In this document: in pieces, positions 27,232 to 32,000 of the stretch | Position numbering within the stretch: position 1 is the first letter of the stretch | Layout: every line of letters begins with the position of its first letter | From: Promethearchaeota archaeon | GTDB lineage: Archaea > Asgardarchaeota > Lokiarchaeia > Sigyniarchaeales > SOKP01 | Assembly: GCA_030606485.1 (NCBI GenBank) | Contig: JAUWGH010000004.1 | Span: forward strand, 90,001 to 122,000 | Reading direction: 5' to 3' | Length of the DNA stretch: 32,000 bases | Notes under the pieces: model-generated | What the model was told of the DNA's origin: nothing | What the model saw: the letters and a program-made list of their open reading frames with translations, nothing else | Databases searched by the model: none | Made by a program: the position numbers and the translations under genes

Positions 27232-27846
27232 TTATTTAAGATTTTTAATATTAGTAAAAGAATCAATAATTTGGAGCTTGATTAATTTTATTACCGAAGA
27301 TGCTAAATATGATTGAGGTGTCCCTAAACTCACACGTGGAATTCCAGTATCTTTTAATTCCTTTGAATCAAGGAAAGTTCCTAATTGGTTCCCGATGATA
27401 AAAAAATATTTTTTATCTTTCTCGAATTTCTCTTGGGAGAATTCTGTACCTTCTTCATGTAATATGTAACCTTGGAATTCTTTTTTTCTTATTTTTTCAA
27501 TAGCATCGAAAATATCAATACCGGAGATGATTACTTTATTTAAAGGATTTTTAATATCATTTTCATTATCTATACCTTGGATTATCTCCACAAAATAATC
27601 CATAAATCTTAATTCGCTTATTGGGAAAGTTTCTTGCTGAAATAATTCGGATTTAAAGATATAGGTATCATAATTGTCCAAAAATGCCCAAAATTCAATA
27701 TTTTGTTCAAGTTTAAAATTATTCAATAAAACAGCTAAAGCACACCGAGTAATTACATCTAACCGACCGGTAGAACCTATTGGGTCTTTAAGTGTATAAT
27801 TACTAAGATTAATAGTTTCGGATTTTATGAAAAAAACAGCTTTCAT
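27232..27846 (-). CDS. trmY: tRNA (pseudouridine54-N1)-methyltransferase (SPOUT)
   Basis: STGRLDVITRC, YILHEEG, FIIGNQLG, RVSLG...YLASSVI. Confidence 0.82.
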   Translation of the reverse strand: MKAVFFIKSETINLSNYTLKDPIGSTGRLDVITRCALAVLLNNFKLEQNIEFWAFLDNYDTYIFKSELFQQETFPISELRFMDYFVEIIQGIDNENDIKNPLNKVIISGIDIFDAIEKIRKKEFQGYILHEEGTEFSQEKFEKDKKYFFIIGNQLGTFLDSKELKDTGIPRVSLGTPQSYLASSVIKLIKLQIIDSFTNIKNLK

Positions 27847-28210
27847 TAGATGCTTTTTTATAAGAATTTAATATTAATAGATTTTTTTTCTTACATTATA
27901 TTCTTTTTTAACATTTAATTATCATTTGAGTATTCTATTTTTAACGAATTTGTGGGAAAGAAATGGGAAAAGTTAATATACTATGATTTCTTTTTTAATT
28001 AATAAGTTGGTGTTTAAGATCATGATTTCAATTATTAAACAAATTTATTATGGAAATCCGAAATCAGTATTGATTAGAACACCGCATAATTGGAAATTTG
28101 TTACACACTATTAAAATTTTCATATTAATAATAGTGTTGAAGTGATTTTATCCTTTTTTTCTTCAGCAAGATTATTTTTTTATGATAATTAATTTAAATG
28201 GTTTATATAT

Positions 28211-29251
28211 ATGATTAGAGTAGGTATTATGGGAGCAACCGGATATGTTGGGTCAGAATTAGTCAGGATTTTATTACAACACCCAAAAGTAGAATTAAAA
28301 TTATTAGCATCACAAAATCATATTAGATGTAAATATAATTCGATATTTGAGAATTTCAAAAAGATTTGTGAAATTAAATGTGTTGGAAATACTCTTGAAT
28401 CTATGGCGAAAGAAGTAGATGTAATTTTTCTGGCGCTCCCTGATGGAATTTCATCCATACTTGTAACGGAAAGTATTTTAGAAAAAGTAAAAATAATTGA
28501 TCTTAGTTCAGATTTTGATCTTAGTTCAGAAGTCTATAAAAAATGGTATAAAACTGAACATCATAATAGAGATCTTTTGAATAAGGCAGTTTATGGCCTA
28601 TGTGAATTAAAAAGAGAAAGTATTAAAAAATCAACCCTAATTGCCAATCCAGGATGTTATTCAACATGTACTATATTATGTTTATATCCTCTATTGGCAG
28701 AGGGTATTATAAAGGAAAACAGCATTATTATTGATGCAAAATCAGGTATTACAGGGGCAGGACGTACATTAAATCTAGAATTCCTTTTTGGAGAATGTAA
28801 TGAATCAATTAAAGCATATAAAACTACCTCACATCGTCATACACCGGAAATAGAGCAACAATTGAGTGAATTGAGTGGAACTGATATTATTATTACTTTT
28901 TCACCTCATTTGATCCCTGTGAATCGTGGAATTTTGACGACATGTTATGGGAAACTTAAAAATAATTTTGACTATGAAGAGATAAAGGAGATTTATGAAA
29001 ACTATTATTTTTATGAATATTTTATTCGTCTAACGAAAAAAGGAGTATTTCCAGAGACTAAATTTGTAAAGGGTTCAAATTATTGTGATATTGGATTTAC
29101 AATTGAAAATAGAACTGGCAGAATAATAATTGTTGGAGCAATTGACAACCTAATCAAAGGAGCCGCAGGACAAGCCGTGCAAAACATGAATATTATGTTC
29201 GATCTTGATGAAAATATGGGTTTAAAAACAATTCCCATATTCCCTACTTAA
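28211..29251 (+). CDS. argC: N-acetyl-gamma-glutamyl-phosphate reductase (bacterial type)
   Basis: GATGYVG, ANPGCYST (catalytic Cys), DAKSGITGAGR, HRHTPEI, PHLIPVNRGI, VKGSNYCDIG, IDNLIKGAAGQAVQNMN. Confidence 0.93.
   Translation: MIRVGIMGATGYVGSELVRILLQHPKVELKLLASQNHIRCKYNSIFENFKKICEIKCVGNTLESMAKEVDVIFLALPDGISSILVTESILEKVKIIDLSSDFDLSSEVYKKWYKTEHHNRDLLNKAVYGLCELKRESIKKSTLIANPGCYSTCTILCLYPLLAEGIIKENSIIIDAKSGITGAGRTLNLEFLFGECNESIKAYKTTSHRHTPEIEQQLSELSGTDIIITFSPHLIPVNRGILTTCYGKLKNNFDYEEIKEIYENYYFYEYFIRLTKKGVFPETKFVKGSNYCDIGFTIENRTGRIIIVGAIDNLIKGAAGQAVQNMNIMFDLDENMGLKTIPIFPT
28497..28530. repeat. 16-nt direct repeat with 18-nt period inside argC
   Basis: TTGATCTTAGTTCAGA at 28497-28512 and 28515-28530 (DLSSDF-DLSSEV). 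Confidence 0.8.
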
Positions 29252-29300
29252 TTATATTGAAAAAAAACATTGCTGGCATCAAAAAATACTAACAGAAAGT

Positions 29301-29357
29301 ATGCGTGTAATCACACATACCTATATGAAAAAGGGATATAGGAAGACCACCGCGTAA
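29301..29357 (+). CDS. Putative 18-aa leader peptide (MRVITHTYMKKGYRKTTA)
   Basis: ATG 29301 to TAA 29355-29357, spanning helix segments 1 and 2 of the downstream attenuator-like structure; SD weak. Confidence 0.35.
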   Translation: MRVITHTYMKKGYRKTTA

Positions 29358-29393
29358 GTAATAAAAACTATCTTTAAATTCTGTACCTCTGGA

Positions 29394-29428
29394 GCGGGAA
29401 GATGAGCCCTATATCCCGCCTTTTTTTT
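29394..29428 (+). terminator. Bacterial-style intrinsic terminator hairpin
   Basis: 6-bp GC-rich stem GCGGGA/TCCCGC, 14-nt loop, then C and TTTTTTTT (29421-29428). Confidence 0.65.
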
Positions 29429-29453
29429 ATATAAGAACAAATAGGTGAAAAGT

Positions 29454-29534
29454 ATGAATGTATTTTTACAGGATATGCACAATTTAAAAGATGAGGTGAA
29501 ATACATCTTGAAAAGATATACACACCTGTATTAA
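29454..29534 (+). CDS. 26-aa ORF (MNVFLQDMHNLKDEVKYILKRYTHLY), small protein or truncated gene remnant
   Basis: SD AGGTGA at 29443-29448, 5 nt before the ATG; lies immediately after the terminator. Confidence 0.35.
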   Translation: MNVFLQDMHNLKDEVKYILKRYTHLY

Positions 29535-29697
29535 AAAGAATTTTATTTTTTTTCTTAGGAGAATCTAAAAATAAAAGAATATTCTTATTTTTAAATTAAT
29601 CATTTAATAAAATCAAATAATGTAAATGATTTTTCAAGAAATTGGAAAAAAAATCATTTAAAATTAAAATTAACTATTAAAAAAAAGTTGAAATTAA

Positions 29698-30861
29698 ATG
29701 GAATGTAGAGAAAGAGTCCTTACTACTCTAAATTTGGAAGAACCAGATAGGGTTCCAACGCACATAATTGCATTAGACGCGAATAATGTAGATAAGATTC
29801 TAGGAAAACCACAAATGACTGATTTCGACTTGATTGAACAAATGAAGCGTGATAATCCCGATAATTGGATAGCAGAATTGAATAAGTTAGTTGAGAGTGT
29901 AGAGACATCAATTTTTTCTCGAATGGTTGAAGCAGCTGCTCAAATAGGTCTAGATGCAATGCAAGTGGGAATTCTTCCTTTTAAATTTATAAATGAGCAT
30001 GAAATGAGTGATATCTTTGGACGAATCTGGGAAGTGATGAACAATGAAGGTAATTTCTTTCCGTTCTATAAATATGGAACTCTGAATTCGCTCGAAAAAT
30101 GGGAAGTGCTCAAGAAAGATTTAGAAGAGACTTTAACAGATAAATATTGTAAGATGGCCAAAAAATTTTATAGGCGAATTAATAAAAAACATAAGGATAA
30201 GATTTTCGTTTTTGTAACTAACGATTTAGCCGGTATTTTTGAGTCAGTATGGCAAGGAATGGGAATTGAGCATTTTTCAAAGCAACTCCATAAGAATCCG
30301 AGTTTTATTAAAGAAGTATATGATGTTTATGCTGATTTTAACATTGCTTTAGCTAACACTTATATGGATGTAGGTATGGAGGTTTGGATTGAATCAGGAG
30401 ATTTGGCGTACAGATCCGGTCCAATGATGTCGCCAAAAAAATTTAATGATTTGCTTTTGCCTGCTTATAAGAAATTAGTGGATGTAATTCATGAACGAGG
30501 GCAAAAAATTGTACTTCATACCGATGGTCAAATTACTCCTTTATTAGATTTTACAGTAAGTTGTGGTTTCGATGGCCTTCATGCGCTCGAACCAACTGCG
30601 GGAGTTGATTTGGCATTAGTTAAGAGAAAGGTGGGGGACAAACTCTGTCTTTTGGGTAATGTTGATGTTTCACATGTGCTTACAGCTAATGGAACAAAAG
30701 AAGATGTAGAAGCTTGGGTTAAAAGTGCAATTAAAACAGCGGGACCTGGTGGAGGTTATATTTGTTCTGCTACTAATATACATCCAGGTGTTGAACCAGA
30801 AAATTTAAAATGGATGGTTGAGGCAGCACACAAGTTTGGAACATATCCGCTCAATTTATAA
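29698..30861 (+). CDS. Uroporphyrinogen decarboxylase / MtaA-CmuA methyltransferase family protein
   Basis: EEPDRVP, DIFGRIW, ESGDLAY, MMSPKKF...LLPAYK, LHTDG, LEPTAGVDL, LLGNVD, PGGGYIC, NIHPGV. Confidence 0.88.
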   Translation: MECRERVLTTLNLEEPDRVPTHIIALDANNVDKILGKPQMTDFDLIEQMKRDNPDNWIAELNKLVESVETSIFSRMVEAAAQIGLDAMQVGILPFKFINEHEMSDIFGRIWEVMNNEGNFFPFYKYGTLNSLEKWEVLKKDLEETLTDKYCKMAKKFYRRINKKHKDKIFVFVTNDLAGIFESVWQGMGIEHFSKQLHKNPSFIKEVYDVYADFNIALANTYMDVGMEVWIESGDLAYRSGPMMSPKKFNDLLLPAYKKLVDVIHERGQKIVLHTDGQITPLLDFTVSCGFDGLHALEPTAGVDLALVKRKVGDKLCLLGNVDVSHVLTANGTKEDVEAWVKSAIKTAGPGGGYICSATNIHPGVEPENLKWMVEAAHKFGTYPLNL

Positions 30862-30922
30862 TTGGGTTGTTTTTTTTTGATTTTAATTTTTTTATTTATA
30901 ATAACAAATTTTTATCCGTACA

Positions 30923-31339
30923 TTATTGTTCCCAATGCATGAACATTCCTGGCATATCTGGAGATCGTTCGATAAATCCATACTTTTCGTAAAGCTTAGC
31001 AACTCCCTCCGCTGCCATTAAACCAATAAAAGAATTGGTGTAAACATGTTCCTTAAAATAATCCATGATGGCATTCATAATGCGTTTGCCAATTCCTTTT
31101 CTTTGATACTCAGGCAATACTATTACATCTTGAATATAGAAATAAATAGCCCCATCTCCAATTATTCTCCCACATCCAATAACTTCATTATTGAGGATAA
31201 CACATATCGAAAAAAGGGAGTTATTTAAACCAATTTCCACTACTTTAGGCTCTTTTTTCCCCCATCCAACAGCTTTTCGGAGTTTTTGGTATTCTTCTAC
31301 AGTCGGTAAGCGTTCAACTAAAATATATTTATCGCTCAT
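30923..31339 (-). CDS. GNAT-family N-acetyltransferase
   Basis: VIGCGRIIGDG, DVIVLPEYQRKGIG (motif A), KLYEKYGF; ATG 31339 preferred. Confidence 0.92.
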   Translation of the reverse strand: MSDKYILVERLPTVEEYQKLRKAVGWGKKEPKVVEIGLNNSLFSICVILNNEVIGCGRIIGDGAIYFYIQDVIVLPEYQRKGIGKRIMNAIMDYFKEHVYTNSFIGLMAAEGVAKLYEKYGFIERSPDMPGMFMHWEQ

Positions 31340-31465
31340 ATTTATTATCATTTTTAAAAGAATTTGTAACTATGATTTATTATTATAGTATATTTAAATT
31401 TTAAAAGATTCTATAGTAATTAAATTACAATGACTTAGAAATTTAACAACATACAAAAGTAAAGT

Positions 31466-32000
31466 TTGATACAACATATAAATATTCTAACAACGGGTGG
31501 AATTCCTATTCTTTTCCGAAATTATGGAGAAGCAGAAGTTAGTGAGGAGTTAATTGCAGGTTTCATAAGTTCTATCTCAACTTTTTTTTCACATATTAAC
31601 CATTCAAAAATAAAATCTAGTGAAACTGAAGATAATAAATATTTCTATAAATCTACACAAGATATAATATTTGTAGTAGGTGCAGATAAAAGTGATGATG
31701 ATTATGAAGTTATTAATAAACTGCAATTAATCTCTAAGAAATTTTTACAAACATATGGAGAATTATTTCGAGATAATAAATGGCGTGGTGATAGCACAAC
31801 CTTTAAGAACTTTTTCGGAGTGCTTGATAACATTATAATGGGTTCAATAAAAATTTCGATAATTGGATTCGATGGAGTCGGAAAAACAACTCTACTTCAT
31901 TTAATTTGTGGAAAAGAAATAAATTTAGAATATAGACCAACAATTGCCACAGATATTGCTATCTATGATGGTTTGGGTGGAGATAGGGAAGTTATTTTTT
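31466..32000 (+). CDS. Longin-domain / Ras-superfamily small GTPase fusion (partial, runs off the right end)
   Basis: Not in the ORF track. TTG 31466 after an in-frame TAA; 178 open codons. N-terminal longin pattern (IQHINILTTGGIPILFRNY, EELIAGFISSI, IIFVVGADK, KFLQTY), then IKISIIGFDGVGKTT (G1, from 31865) and EYRPTIATD (switch I). Confidence 0.88.
   Translation, partial: MIQHINILTTGGIPILFRNYGEAEVSEELIAGFISSISTFFSHINHSKIKSSETEDNKYFYKSTQDIIFVVGADKSDDDYEVINKLQLISKKFLQTYGELFRDNKWRGDSTTFKNFFGVLDNIIMGSIKISIIGFDGVGKTTLLHLICGKEINLEYRPTIATDIAIYDGLGGDREVIF

Larger units (their letters stand above)
29299..29428 (+). promoter_or_regulatory. Attenuator/riboswitch-like structured RNA with alternative helices
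   Basis: CCTATAT 29320-26 pairs with ATATAGG 29336-42; GGGATATAGG 29333-42 pairs with CCTATATCCC 29408-17; GCGGGA 29394-99 pairs with TCCCGC 29414-19, followed by T8. Confidence 0.55.

Noticed and set aside
28211-29251. LysW-dependent LysY assignment
   Set aside because: PGCYST and SGITGAGR match bacterial ArgC, and no lysW/lysX/lysZ is nearby
29268-29290. IAGIKK after argC resembles the ArgJ N-terminal AGIKK
   Set aside because: Only five residues, followed by a stop, with no further similarity
29333-29417. Partial likeness to glycine riboswitch words (CACCG, AAGTAA, ATCTTT, ACCTCTGGAG)
   Set aside because: The core CCGAAG and CUCUCAGG/UUUCAGG ligand-binding elements are absent; family not assigned
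23226-31388. Tracked ORFs 23226-23444, 26270-26455, 26890-27144, 29321-29506, 29723-29959, 31046-31228 and 31191-31388
   Set aside because: Shadows of stronger genes or of the structured element; no coding signal
1-32000. CRISPR arrays, tRNA/rRNA genes, transposases, integrases
   Set aside because: No regularly spaced repeats, cloverleaf-compatible GC-rich segments or DDE/tyrosine recombinase motifs were seen by eye

Overview
AT-rich, gene-dense archaeal chromosome segment. It is most consistent with an Asgard archaeon (Lokiarchaeia/Promethearchaeota-like), an inference from eS26, TrmY, an archaetidylinositol-phosphate-synthase-like gene, CdhE, a eukaryote-type pantothenate kinase and a longin-small GTPase fusion running off the right end. 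About 28 protein genes are supported, covering housekeeping (rnz, rps26e, trmY, mobB), C1/corrinoid metabolism (corrinoid protein, cdhE, UroD/MtaA family), bacterial-type amino acid genes (tpl, argC) and several uncharacterised proteins (SNAP/TPR-like, PIN plus helical repeats, Zn-ribbon/Vsr-like endonuclease, coiled coil). No rRNA, tRNA, CRISPR array or transposase was seen. Three of the most interesting signals are absent from the ORF track. (1) A 36-codon signal-peptide-bearing micro-gene (8207-8317) with its own TATA box, palindrome, SD and T-tract, directly behind a TPR protein, in a layout resembling receptor-plus-peptide signalling cassettes. (2) An attenuator-like element after argC (29299-29428) with an 18-codon leader ORF and three mutually exclusive helices ending in a terminator. 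(3) The longin-GTPase fusion (31466 to window end). All family assignments are by motif recognition only; no searches were run.
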